Source of the DNA: Armatimonadota bacterium
Lineage (GTDB): Bacteria > Armatimonadota > Fimbriimonadia > Fimbriimonadales > Fimbriimonadaceae
Reading direction: 5' to 3'
DNA: 64,000 nucleotides
NCBI GenBank assembly: GCA_037141835.1
Contig: JBAXBU010000007.1
Span: 365 to 64,364 of the forward strand
The notes under the pieces were generated by a model. The model did no database searches. It saw only the letters and a program-made list of their open reading frames with translations, and had not been told where the DNA came from. The translations under genes and the position numbers were made by a program. The first letter of the stretch is position 1; every line of letters begins with the position of its first letter. Positions 9,648-18,484 of this stretch are shown here, in pieces.

Positions 9648-10871
9648 CTATGCCGCAAGGGATTTTTCTTGCTCTGTTGCCCAGGAAGTTGCCTTGATAA
9701 AGATTTCAGGCGACACTGCCGGGAGTGTTTCTTGCACTTGCTCCCATTGTCCCAATTCGACTTCGCGTACACATTTAAGTGTCTTATCACATTGGCTGTC
9801 ACAGAAATTCCCTAATAGTGCTTCTCGAACATCGTCAGGGAGTGGTAATTCGGCGAGGGCTTCGCCCATTGGTAAATCAATGAGGGCGTCAATGAGTGAG
9901 AACATACCTAGCATAAAGTGCTTATCTGGCTTATCGAATCCGTTTTCACGGGCAGCCTGTTCGCAAATTCGAGCCCGAATCATCGCCATTCGGTATAGCT
10001 CGGGTGTCTTTCCTGGAATGCTTGTGATAACTGCAAGTGATGCCATCGTACGAATCTTCGCCGTACCAAGAAACATCAGACCCTGCTTGATTGAATCGAC
10101 TCTTTTTGGTAGTCCATTAGCAACACAGTTGACCAGTCTAAGCACCTTGTGGCAGAGTGCAACATTCGCAATAATGAGCTGTTCAAGCTCGTCCATCGTA
10201 ATTTCTGGATCTTGGATTTTCGCGAGCAAACTCAAGGACATTGATTGTACTGCTCGAACACCAGAGCCCCGAATGGTCTGAGGCTTCGCAAAAAAGTATC
10301 CTTGGAAAAGGTCAAAACCCAAAGACTTGCAAAGTTCAAACTCGGCTTGAGTTTCCACTTTCTCTGCGAGCCAGATTTGTCCCTTTCGTTTGCATCCGGG
10401 CATCTTCTTACGAAGCAAGCTCTCTTCCATGCCCATGATATCTACTTTGACAAGGTCAACCAAGGGCAAGAACTTTGCGTGCCGATCTTCAAAAATGTAG
10501 TCGTCTAAAGCGAGCTGATATCCTCGGCCTTTTAGCTCTTCAATATGGTCTGCAACCTGCTGACTCCAAACCGTATCCTCAAGAATTTCGAGGGTGACAT
10601 TTTTTGGGGGAAGTAACCTCAAGGCATCGCTCCCAAGCATGCATTCCGGAACATTGAAGAAAGCTCTTTTATTTCCCGCCAGCCGGTCTAATCCAACTTC
10701 CATGAGGACGTTGGCAAGTGAGATCACTTCATCTTCCGAAGATATTTCTTGACCAAAAGCAGTATCACTTCTGCGGTAGAGCAATTCATAGGCAACATGC
10801 CTAACATCGCGATCATAGATCGGTTGCCGTGCCATGAAAAAACCACTCTGTTCTGTTCGGGCCTGTACCAT
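9648..10871 (-). CDS. EAL + HDOD domain protein (YuxH/PdeH-like c-di-GMP phosphodiesterase)
   Basis: ARQPI, YELLYR, LEILED, LALDDY, LAEKVET, FQGYFF, then an HDOD-like helical domain. Confidence 0.9.
   Translation of the reverse strand: MVQARTEQSGFFMARQPIYDRDVRHVAYELLYRRSDTAFGQEISSEDEVISLANVLMEVGLDRLAGNKRAFFNVPECMLGSDALRLLPPKNVTLEILEDTVWSQQVADHIEELKGRGYQLALDDYIFEDRHAKFLPLVDLVKVDIMGMEESLLRKKMPGCKRKGQIWLAEKVETQAEFELCKSLGFDLFQGYFFAKPQTIRGSGVRAVQSMSLSLLAKIQDPEITMDELEQLIIANVALCHKVLRLVNCVANGLPKRVDSIKQGLMFLGTAKIRTMASLAVITSIPGKTPELYRMAMIRARICEQAARENGFDKPDKHFMLGMFSLIDALIDLPMGEALAELPLPDDVREALLGNFCDSQCDKTLKCVREVELGQWEQVQETLPAVSPEIFIKATSWATEQEKSLAA
9997..10770. repeat. Direct repeat copy 1 (774 bp), matches 11373-12146
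   Basis: Constant offset of 1376; no mismatch in the lines compared by eye; shadow ORF translations of both copies are identical. Confidence 0.9.
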
Positions 10872-11023
10872 GAGGACACAAGGGTATGACTATCCAATAA
10901 TTCTATCGGTACAAAATAGCTGAAAAATTAGGATAGAACTTTAATTCATTTGGTTTTTCAAATTTTATCATTTCAAAGTTCCCGTTCTTTTGTTAAGGCT
11001 GGTAGCGGAATCCTTTTGAACGG

Positions 11024-12244
11024 TTAGGCCGCGAGCGATCGTTCTTGCTCCTTTGCCCAAGCTACTGCCTCAGCAAACACGTCAGGTGAAACATCCCGAA
11101 GGCTGTCATTTGCCAACATCCAATTCCCGTGTTCGACGCTATGAACGTACTTCAATGTCTTATCGCATTGACTAGACTGGTTTTCGCCCATCAGTGCATC
11201 AAGAACGTCATTAGCAAGCGGGAGTTCGGCAATGACTTCCGACATTGGCATATCGGTCAAAGCGTCAAGCACCGAGAACATTCCTAAAGTAAAGTGTTTA
11301 TCCGGTGAGTCAAATCCAGATTCCTTTGCGGCTTGTTCGCAAATCCGAGCGCGAATCATAGCCATGCGATAGAGCTCGGGTGTCTTTCCTGGAATGCTTG
11401 TGATAACTGCAAGTGATGCCATCGTACGAATCTTCGCCGTACCAAGAAACATCAGACCCTGCTTGATTGAATCGACTCTTTTTGGTAGTCCATTAGCAAC
11501 ACAGTTGACCAGTCTAAGCACCTTGTGGCAGAGTGCAACATTCGCAATAATGAGCTGTTCAAGCTCGTCCATCGTAATTTCTGGATCTTGGATTTTCGCG
11601 AGCAAACTCAAGGACATTGATTGTACTGCTCGAACACCAGAGCCCCGAATGGTCTGAGGCTTCGCAAAAAAGTATCCTTGGAAAAGGTCAAAACCCAAAG
11701 ACTTGCAAAGTTCAAACTCGGCTTGAGTTTCCACTTTCTCTGCGAGCCAGATTTGTCCCTTTCGTTTGCATCCGGGCATCTTCTTACGAAGCAAGCTCTC
11801 TTCCATGCCCATGATATCTACTTTGACAAGGTCAACCAAGGGCAAGAACTTTGCGTGCCGATCTTCAAAAATGTAGTCGTCTAAAGCGAGCTGATATCCT
11901 CGGCCTTTTAGCTCTTCAATATGGTCTGCAACCTGCTGACTCCAAACCGTATCCTCAAGAATTTCGAGGGTGACATTTTTTGGGGGAAGTAACCTCAAGG
12001 CATCGCTCCCAAGCATGCATTCCGGAACATTGAAGAAAGCTCTTTTATTTCCCGCCAGCCGGTCTAATCCAACTTCCATGAGGACGTTGGCAAGTGAGAT
12101 CACTTCATCTTCCGAAGATATTTCTTGACCAAAAGCAGTATCACTTTTTCGGTAGAGCAATTCGTATGCAACATGCTTCACAGTCCGATCATAAATCGGC
12201 TGCCGCGCCATAAAGAATCCCGTGTAATCTTGTTGAACGTTCAT
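11024..12244 (-). CDS. EAL + HDOD domain protein, tandem paralog
   Basis: Same motifs; central protein region identical to 9648-10871. Confidence 0.9.
   Translation of the reverse strand: MNVQQDYTGFFMARQPIYDRTVKHVAYELLYRKSDTAFGQEISSEDEVISLANVLMEVGLDRLAGNKRAFFNVPECMLGSDALRLLPPKNVTLEILEDTVWSQQVADHIEELKGRGYQLALDDYIFEDRHAKFLPLVDLVKVDIMGMEESLLRKKMPGCKRKGQIWLAEKVETQAEFELCKSLGFDLFQGYFFAKPQTIRGSGVRAVQSMSLSLLAKIQDPEITMDELEQLIIANVALCHKVLRLVNCVANGLPKRVDSIKQGLMFLGTAKIRTMASLAVITSIPGKTPELYRMAMIRARICEQAAKESGFDSPDKHFTLGMFSVLDALTDMPMSEVIAELPLANDVLDALMGENQSSQCDKTLKYVHSVEHGNWMLANDSLRDVSPDVFAEAVAWAKEQERSLAA
11373..12146. repeat. Direct repeat copy 2 (774 bp)
   Basis: Matches 9997-10770. Confidence 0.9.
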
Positions 12245-12429
12245 TGCCCCTCTTCAAATAATGGCAATTTGCACTCCAAACCTTATAGTTGCCAACCTAG
12301 CAAAGGTATTGGGTTTAGGTTGTTTGTCATCTTCAAAAGCTTGATCCAAAGGAATTACGAAGTTTGTGCTGACTTCTCTATTTTTCTCAACCGGAATCAT
12401 TCTTGCCTTTTCAACAGTAATAGATACAA

Positions 12430-13413
12430 ATGATCGCCACGCTAGCTTTGCTTGCCCTTGTCGTTAAACCAAGTGGCATCGCCGTAATCGTTAATCAGGA
12501 GTCAGATACTGCTTCTATCGTTGATATAGCGGCTGGTACTGCTATTCATGTTCCTGTCGGTGGGGGTCCTCATGAATCGGCTGTTTCACCAAATGGCAAG
12601 CAGGCCGTTGTGACTAATTATTACAAGCCGGGAGTCGGGCCAGGATCTTCGTTAAGTGTGCTCGATCTGAACAGCAAAAAGGAATTGAAGCGTATTGAGC
12701 TGGATCGCAAAGCAATGCCTCACGGAGTTCAGTGGGTGGACGATCGCACGGTGGTGTGCACCGACGAGAGAAATCAGAGGCTTCTGTTAGTAAATATGGA
12801 CTCTGGAAAGGTTGACCGGGAGTTTCTGACAGGTCAAAACGGATCGCATATGCTGTCACTCAACCGAGGGGTCAATCGGATCGTGAGTTCTAATATGGGT
12901 GGCGGTAGCGTGACTATCTTCGATTTCAAAAGCGGTGAAAAGCTAGATACGGTTACCACCGGCAAGGAATGCGAAGGAGTTGGAATTTCCCCAGACGGCA
13001 AGACGATTTGGGCCGGGAACCGTGCCGAGGATACGATTTCAGTTATCGACTTGGCGACCCGAAAAGTGGTCAAGAAGATAGAATCCAAAGGATTTCCTTA
13101 CCGAGTTCAGTTCACTCCAAATGGAAAATGGGCACTCATTCCTCATGCCGTTTCCGGAGAATTGGTTGTTTGTGATGTTAAGGAAAGGACCGTAGTTCGT
13201 CGAATCAAATTGGGTGCAAATGGAGTGAAAATTCCTACCGACAATCCGTCTCCGGCGGGAGTATGGGCTTTTGCCAACAGTGATTTTGCTTTGGTCACCG
13301 TGCGTAACGATAACTCGGTTGTGATTGTGAATATCCATACCGGTGAAACGCTTGGCAGGATCGAGGTGCAAAAAAGCCCAGATGGTGTATCGATGAAACC
13401 GGGACGCGCTTAA
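12430..13413 (+). CDS. Secreted YncE/YVTN-type beta-propeller protein
   Basis: Signal peptide; repeated motifs GPHESAVSPNG, GVGISPDG, VQFTPNG and TISVIDL. Confidence 0.85.
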   Translation: MIATLALLALVVKPSGIAVIVNQESDTASIVDIAAGTAIHVPVGGGPHESAVSPNGKQAVVTNYYKPGVGPGSSLSVLDLNSKKELKRIELDRKAMPHGVQWVDDRTVVCTDERNQRLLLVNMDSGKVDREFLTGQNGSHMLSLNRGVNRIVSSNMGGGSVTIFDFKSGEKLDTVTTGKECEGVGISPDGKTIWAGNRAEDTISVIDLATRKVVKKIESKGFPYRVQFTPNGKWALIPHAVSGELVVCDVKERTVVRRIKLGANGVKIPTDNPSPAGVWAFANSDFALVTVRNDNSVVIVNIHTGETLGRIEVQKSPDGVSMKPGRA

Positions 13414-13517
13414 TTGCTTGAATATCCAGAAGCATCGTGAATAGAAAAATCTGACGAGTGGAAGTAAAATGAGCGTCGGGCAATCGTCTCACGCGAAGAC
13501 CAAAACTGGAGAAACAC

Positions 13518-13859
13518 ATGCCAAAATTTCTAGTCGCAATTCAGCATCCTGAAAACTACGATGGGTCTCAAGAAGGAGAGGACATGATGCGCGCAATTGA
13601 CGACTTGAACGATGAAATGGTTGACGCAGGGATCAGAATTTTCGTTGGCGGTCTTGGCTGTAACAAAAGTGCAAAGTCGTTACGGTCGGGAACCGACGGA
13701 ATGGTCCACATTACGGATGGGCCTTATCTCGAAACCAAAGTTCACGTCGGTGGATTCTGGGTTCTTGAAGTCCCGAGTATGGATGATGCTCTTGAGTGGG
13801 GTCGAAAAGCGGTTATTGCTTGCCGTGTTCCGGTCGAAGTCCGGCAATTCCTGGGATAG
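13518..13859 (+). CDS. YciI (DGPF-type) family protein
   Basis: TDGPYLETKVHVGGFWVLEVPSMDDALEW; SD GGAG upstream. Confidence 0.88.
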   Translation: MPKFLVAIQHPENYDGSQEGEDMMRAIDDLNDEMVDAGIRIFVGGLGCNKSAKSLRSGTDGMVHITDGPYLETKVHVGGFWVLEVPSMDDALEWGRKAVIACRVPVEVRQFLG

Positions 13860-13895
13860 GCACCCTTCTAAAATTTGGTGAGTCCAAGATAAAGA

Positions 13896-13970
13896 TGGTG
13901 GGCAGTACAGGGATTGAACCTGTGACCCCTACAGTGTCATTGTAGTGCTCTACCACTGAGCTAACTGCCC
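13896..13970 (-). tRNA. tRNA-Val (GAC)
   Basis: GGGCAGT/ACTGCCC acceptor stem, GCTC/GAGC D-stem, CTACA-ATGACAC-TGTAG anticodon arm, ACAGG-TTCAATC-CCTGT T-arm, encoded CCA. Confidence 0.96.
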
Positions 13971-14057
13971 CAAAGGGAACTTTCATTAAACCCCAGATTG
14001 GAGTACAAGTTCAAGGAAACAGCTTTGGAAAGAACGCTTCTTGGTTAAACTGGAACC

Positions 14058-15014
14058 GTGATTGCCATACTTCTTGCCCCTATATTGTTCGCAAAGCCCG
14101 AGGTCTCAGCGTGGGTGGTTGGCTATAACGACGAGAGCATTAAACGGTTTGAGGAACGTGCTAAACAACTTAACACCGTCTTTATGGAGTACTACACTGT
14201 CAACCCTAGCGGCATGCCAGTCCGTCGAAGTCGTTACGATAAGACATTTGCAAAGGCTCGAGAAATTGCAAAAAAGAATCAAGTTGAGTTCTTGGGAATG
14301 ATCAACAACTACTCAGATGGAGAAGGTACCGACGGATTCGAGGCCACGAGAATGACAAAAGCCGTTGCTACTTCGGAATCCAGATCCGCCCATGTTGTGG
14401 AGTTAGTGAAAATGCTCAAACAAGACGGCGCCCAGGGTGTGGACCTTGACTTCGAGTCGATGAAAGGCGATGACCGAGACCGGTACAGCACTTTTGTAGT
14501 TCTCCTTGCTAGGGCACTCCACAAAGAAGGAATGAAGCTATCGGTAACCGTTCATCCAAAACAAGAAATTTTCGGAGGCTGGGATGCCGTCAAAGCACAA
14601 GACTACAAGGCCCTCGGTTCAGTCGCAGATCGCTTTAACGTCATGACATATGATTACAGTTGGAGTACGGGACCTGAAGGCGCTATTGCTCCAAATGATT
14701 GGGTAGAGCGTGTAATAGCCTTTGCCGCGACTCAAGTGCCATCAAGTAAGATCGGCGTTGGCATTGCCTGCTACGGTTACGATTGGAGCAAGAAACCTGC
14801 TACATCGTTGGCTTGGTCGGATTTTAAGCCAAAGAACCCAAAAGTTGATCCGACAAGCGGAGAAATAATCGATGGGAATACTCACTTTAGCGGTGCCGAA
14901 GCATTCCGAACGAAGTACTTACTGGCAACAAAGTTAGGTGTCAAGTCCGTCGCCTTTTGGTACTGCGGATCAGAGGAACCGGCAATTTGGAAACTACTTC
15001 CTACTCGCCGCTAA
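14058..15014 (+). CDS. Secreted glycoside hydrolase family 18 protein
   Basis: GVDLDFE catalytic motif, NVMTYDY, IGVGIACYGYDW, terminal VAFW. Confidence 0.9.
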   Translation: MIAILLAPILFAKPEVSAWVVGYNDESIKRFEERAKQLNTVFMEYYTVNPSGMPVRRSRYDKTFAKAREIAKKNQVEFLGMINNYSDGEGTDGFEATRMTKAVATSESRSAHVVELVKMLKQDGAQGVDLDFESMKGDDRDRYSTFVVLLARALHKEGMKLSVTVHPKQEIFGGWDAVKAQDYKALGSVADRFNVMTYDYSWSTGPEGAIAPNDWVERVIAFAATQVPSSKIGVGIACYGYDWSKKPATSLAWSDFKPKNPKVDPTSGEIIDGNTHFSGAEAFRTKYLLATKLGVKSVAFWYCGSEEPAIWKLLPTRR

Positions 15015-15759
15015 GGTTCCTTAGGTTAAAGGCAATCGCTTCTTGAATGTGGAGATCCCAATATTCCCAATTGTGGTCTCCCGAAAACTCCTGATACTCG
15101 TGGTCTATTCCAAATTCAGTAAATTCTTGTTGAAGGGATCGATTTGAATCTAGCAAAAAATCTTCCGTCCCACAGTCAAAGCGCAGGGCAGGCAACGGAC
15201 TTGCATTCTTTGCAAGCTCCACCAAGTCATCTTTTCCACCTGGCGTGACTTTGCCAAACACCGGAATAAATTCTCGGATGAATGCGTCCTGGCTGTGCCT
15301 TCCGGTTTCAATCTCTTCGTTTGGATAATAGCGACCAATAGTCACCGCGCCGGAATGCGAAACCGCAGACCGAAACAACTCTGGTCGCTCTAGTGCGATT
15401 CGGAATGCTCCATATCCGCCCATCGACAGTCCGGCAGTGCACCATTTGCCTTTGATGTCAAACCAATGGTCCAGAAGGTCAGGCAACTCGTAAGCGATTG
15501 CCTGCAAGTATTGAAACCCTTGGAGCGCGTCTACGTAGAAGCCACGCCCGCCGTCCGGCATGACTACAATGAGAGGTTTGTCCGCGACATAGCGCTCAAT
15601 CGAGGTTCGGCGTTGCCAAATGGAGTGGTCGTCACTGAGTCCATGCAGCAAAAGCATGCAATGGTAAGGTCCGGGCACATTTTTGTCAGGATAGATGACG
15701 AAACTACTCGTTGCTTTTTGCAACGCCTGAGAAAAATAGCGAACCTCGTGAAGAGACAT
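15001..15759 (-). CDS. Putative esterase (alpha/beta hydrolase, tributyrin esterase/FrmB-like)
   Basis: LLHGLSDD, GLSMGG nucleophile elbow, DCGTEDFL, HNWEYW. Confidence 0.9.
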   Translation of the reverse strand: MSLHEVRYFSQALQKATSSFVIYPDKNVPGPYHCMLLLHGLSDDHSIWQRRTSIERYVADKPLIVVMPDGGRGFYVDALQGFQYLQAIAYELPDLLDHWFDIKGKWCTAGLSMGGYGAFRIALERPELFRSAVSHSGAVTIGRYYPNEEIETGRHSQDAFIREFIPVFGKVTPGGKDDLVELAKNASPLPALRFDCGTEDFLLDSNRSLQQEFTEFGIDHEYQEFSGDHNWEYWDLHIQEAIAFNLRNLSGE

Positions 15760-15767
15760 TCAGCTCT

Positions 15768-16061
15768 TTAGTGGTGATGACCAGCTTGCGGATCATACCA
15801 TTCGTTAATAAGATCCTTATCAACGTTGCTTCGATACCGGAACCAAATATACAGGTTCATAACGAAGGCAATGATTAAACCGTAGCCAAATCCATGCTTC
15901 GCGACTTCAATATCAACAACTCGGTAATCAAAGTGCCATTCCTTGCCAAGGGCAGAGGAGGCGTAGAATCCAAAAGTCGGAATAACGACCATCAAAACTG
16001 CTCCAAGTATTCGGGCAATCTTTGCATCTTCTTCCAAAATCGGCTTCTCTTGTTCTGACAT
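15768..16061 (-). CDS. Small two-TM hypothetical membrane protein
   Basis: Two hydrophobic segments; CATAAT 6 nt upstream of the ATG. Confidence 0.65.
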   Translation of the reverse strand: MSEQEKPILEEDAKIARILGAVLMVVIPTFGFYASSALGKEWHFDYRVVDIEVAKHGFGYGLIIAFVMNLYIWFRYRSNVDKDLINEWYDPQAGHHH

Positions 16062-16144
16062 ATCGTCATTATGACGCCTATCGCTAAATTTCTGTACCTA
16101 TGAATCCCGCCGGAAAACCAAATTCTGCAAATTGACGTGGAAAT

Positions 16145-16423
16145 CTATTTCAAAAAGCGATTGAGCGTTGTTCTAAGCTCCTTGACCTTTTCTTCTCTCG
16201 ACTCATAGTGATCATGCTCTTCACCAAAAACGCAGTCTTCCACGTGATGGGTCAGCAATATGACGCCGAGCTGGTCTAGCGCTGCTCGAAGAGCAGAAAC
16301 CTGGGTTAGTACATCTACGCAATATCGCTCTTCATCTAGCATCTTCTTGATGCCATTGACCTGTCCAGAAATTCTGTTGAGTCGACGCTTTGCGTCTTCG
16401 TAGGTTGGGTTTGTTTCGTTCAT
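16145..16423 (-). CDS. csoR: CsoR/RcnR family metal-sensing repressor (Cu-type C-H-C fingerprint)
   Basis: [34 protein letters not shown]; start moved to MNETN at 16423. Confidence 0.88.
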   Translation of the reverse strand: MNETNPTYEDAKRRLNRISGQVNGIKKMLDEERYCVDVLTQVSALRAALDQLGVILLTHHVEDCVFGEEHDHYESREEKVKELRTTLNRFLK

Positions 16424-16465
16424 CCTGCCAAGCCTGTGCTTCAGGAGCATTATAACAGGACAAGA

Positions 16466-16494
16466 TTGGAGGTTAGGCAAAACCTAACCTCCAA
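16466..16494 (-). terminator. Hairpin downstream of the thioredoxin gene
   Basis: TTGGAGGTTAGG-5nt-CCTAACCTCCAA perfect 12-bp inverted repeat; weak U-tract. Confidence 0.6.
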
Positions 16495-16499
16495 AGTTT

Positions 16500-16931
16500 T
16501 TATTTCTTAATCTTTGCGGGAGATTTCGAACCACCTTTCTTGGCGGCGTCCTTGAGAAACATTGCTAACGTTTTAGCATCAAGGGCACCTTCTGCCTTGA
16601 GAACAACTTTGCCGTTCCCGTCCAGAACCATGAGTGTCGGTAAGAGACTGACTTTGTATTTCGATCCAGTCTTCTTGCCTTCTTTGTCGATATTTTGTTT
16701 TACTGTGACGAACTGCCCCAGCTTCTGAATCGCCAACTTGTCTTTATAAGTTGTTCGATCCATTTCCATACAACTTCCTCACCAATCGGCGTAGAAGTCA
16801 ACAAAGATGAGTTGCTTTGATGCCTTTGCCTGTTTCAATGCGCTACTGAGATCTCGCTTCCAATTAACTTCAGAATGAGCTAGTGACGCCAAAACGGCAA
16901 GGCACGCAATGGTAAATGTTAATTTCTTCAT
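16500..16931 (-). CDS. Exported thioredoxin-fold protein with in-frame TGA (probable selenocysteine, UxxC)
   Basis: ORFs 16779-17009 and 16500-16769 are in one frame: GAC TTC TAC GCC GAT TGG TGA GGA AGT TGT ATG = DFYADW-U-GSC-M. SD GAGG before MKKLTF; signal peptide. Confidence 0.85.
16747..16776 (-). promoter_or_regulatory. Candidate bacterial SECIS hairpin
   Basis: Immediately 3' of the TGA: AAGTTGT-ATGGAAATGGATCGA-ACAACTT, a 7-bp perfect stem with a G-containing apical region. Confidence 0.55.
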
Positions 16932-16975
16932 CGTAACCTCACATATATGATGCCACGAGTAAACTAAAAAATCAC

Positions 16976-18454
16976 ATGAGTGAAAAGCAATTCCGCCTTT
17001 ACGACTCACTTTCTCGGAAAGTGAAGCCCCTAACTCCTTCCGAGCCAGGACATCTTCGCTTTTATACTTGCGGACCTACTGTTTACTCTTACGCGCACAT
17101 CGGGAACTTCCGATCCTTCCTGTCGGCAGACTTAATTGTCCGGACTGCCCGTGCGATTGGCTGGAAAGTCACATGGGTTTCCAACATCACCGATGTTGGA
17201 CACCTCACCGACGATGACATTGCCGACGCAACGGGTGAAGACAAGATGGAAAAAGCCCTCCGATCGAAGGAAGGGGAACAGTTTCATAACGTTTGGGAAT
17301 TGGCAGAATATTATGAAGCCGCCTATCGAGAAGACTGGAAATTGTTGAATTTGGTTGAGCCAGACGTCAGGCCAAAGGCAACGCAGCACGTGCGAGAGCA
17401 AATTATTGCGGCGGAAGATCTCATTGAAAAAGGATTTGCCTACGAGACTCCAACGGGCGTTTACTTTAGCGTTGAGAAGTTCCCGAGTTACGGAAAGCTG
17501 AGTGGCAACACACAAGAAAGCCTTCGAAAAGGAGTGCGCGATGTTGTCCTTGATGAGAACAAGAAGGATCAATCTGACTTTGCAATCTGGAAAAAAGACG
17601 ACAAACACCTCATGCAGTGGTTTTCGCCATACGGCTGGGGCTTTCCTGGCTGGCATATCGAGTGCTCCGTCATGGCAAGGGCATATCTTGGAGACACAAT
17701 TGATCTCCATAGTGGGGGAGAAGATAACAAATTCCCTCACCATGAATGCGAAATTGCTCAGAGTGAATCTCTAACTGGGAAACCTTTCTGCGAACATTGG
17801 AGCCATACGGCTTTTCTTCAGGTGAACGGTCAAAAGATGTCCAAAAGCCTGGGGAATTTTTACTACGTCAGAGGCTTGATGGCAAAGGGGGCAGATCCTC
17901 TTGCAATTCGTTTCGCATTGATTTCAGGCGTATATCGAAAGAACTTGAACTTCACAGATCAGGGACTCGAAGATGCCAAAACAAACATTGATCGATTCCG
18001 AAGAGCCGATGTCGCAGTACAAGAGGCACTTGAATCGGGAGCTGAAGGAGAAGATGTACTGGGGACCGAACTCGAATCACTCTATGATCAAGCTCTTGAA
18101 GCGATGCTGACTGATCTCAATACTCCGATTGCCATCTCAAAAGCGCTTGAAGGCGCAAAAGCAATTACTCGAGATCCAATCAATAAGGCCTCCGCAATGT
18201 CAGGTGAACAATTTTTGACCAGAATCAATGATCTCCTGGGAATTGTGCGGCACCCTGTTGACTTAGAATTGCCAGAAGATTCCAAGACATCCTCTGCAGA
18301 TGAAGCTCGGATTTTGGAGCGAATTGAAGCCCGCAAGGCTGCGAAAGCTGCCAAAGACTGGGGACTTGCTGACACCATTCGAAAAGATCTACTGGCCGAA
18401 GGAATTTCGCTGACTGATAATTCCGATGGCACCGTAAGTTGGACGCTCGCGTAA
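16976..18454 (+). CDS. cysS: Cysteine--tRNA ligase
   Basis: YTCGPTVY..AHIGN, NITDVGH, GFPGWHIECS, DLHSGGEDNKFPHHECE, KMSKS. Confidence 0.98.
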   Translation: MSEKQFRLYDSLSRKVKPLTPSEPGHLRFYTCGPTVYSYAHIGNFRSFLSADLIVRTARAIGWKVTWVSNITDVGHLTDDDIADATGEDKMEKALRSKEGEQFHNVWELAEYYEAAYREDWKLLNLVEPDVRPKATQHVREQIIAAEDLIEKGFAYETPTGVYFSVEKFPSYGKLSGNTQESLRKGVRDVVLDENKKDQSDFAIWKKDDKHLMQWFSPYGWGFPGWHIECSVMARAYLGDTIDLHSGGEDNKFPHHECEIAQSESLTGKPFCEHWSHTAFLQVNGQKMSKSLGNFYYVRGLMAKGADPLAIRFALISGVYRKNLNFTDQGLEDAKTNIDRFRRADVAVQEALESGAEGEDVLGTELESLYDQALEAMLTDLNTPIAISKALEGAKAITRDPINKASAMSGEQFLTRINDLLGIVRHPVDLELPEDSKTSSADEARILERIEARKAAKAAKDWGLADTIRKDLLAEGISLTDNSDGTVSWTLA

Positions 18455-18484
18455 AGCAACAATCTGAGTTACAATAACCTCACC

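Noticed and set aside
9694-10281. 195-aa plus-strand ORF and the duplicated short ORFs at 10241/11617 and 10245/11621
   Set aside because: Antisense shadows of the EAL-HDOD genes; they recur only because the DNA is duplicated.
10895-10935. Sigma28-like -10 (ACCGATAG) upstream of the first EAL-HDOD gene
   Set aside because: No TAAA -35 at 15-nt spacing and not present upstream of the paralog.
12430-13896. Genomic island integrated at the tRNA-Val 3' end
   Set aside because: No integrase, no duplicated tRNA 3' fragment and no mobility genes seen.
16779-16781. Genome-wide UGA reassignment (code 4 or 25) or a pseudogene call for the thioredoxin
   Set aside because: Many genes here end at TGA with sensible C-termini and ATGA overlaps, so there is no global recoding. 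A pseudogene is less likely given the exact active-site position plus hairpin, but it is not fully excluded.
17132-17743. 203-aa minus-strand ORF
   Set aside because: Antisense shadow of cysS.
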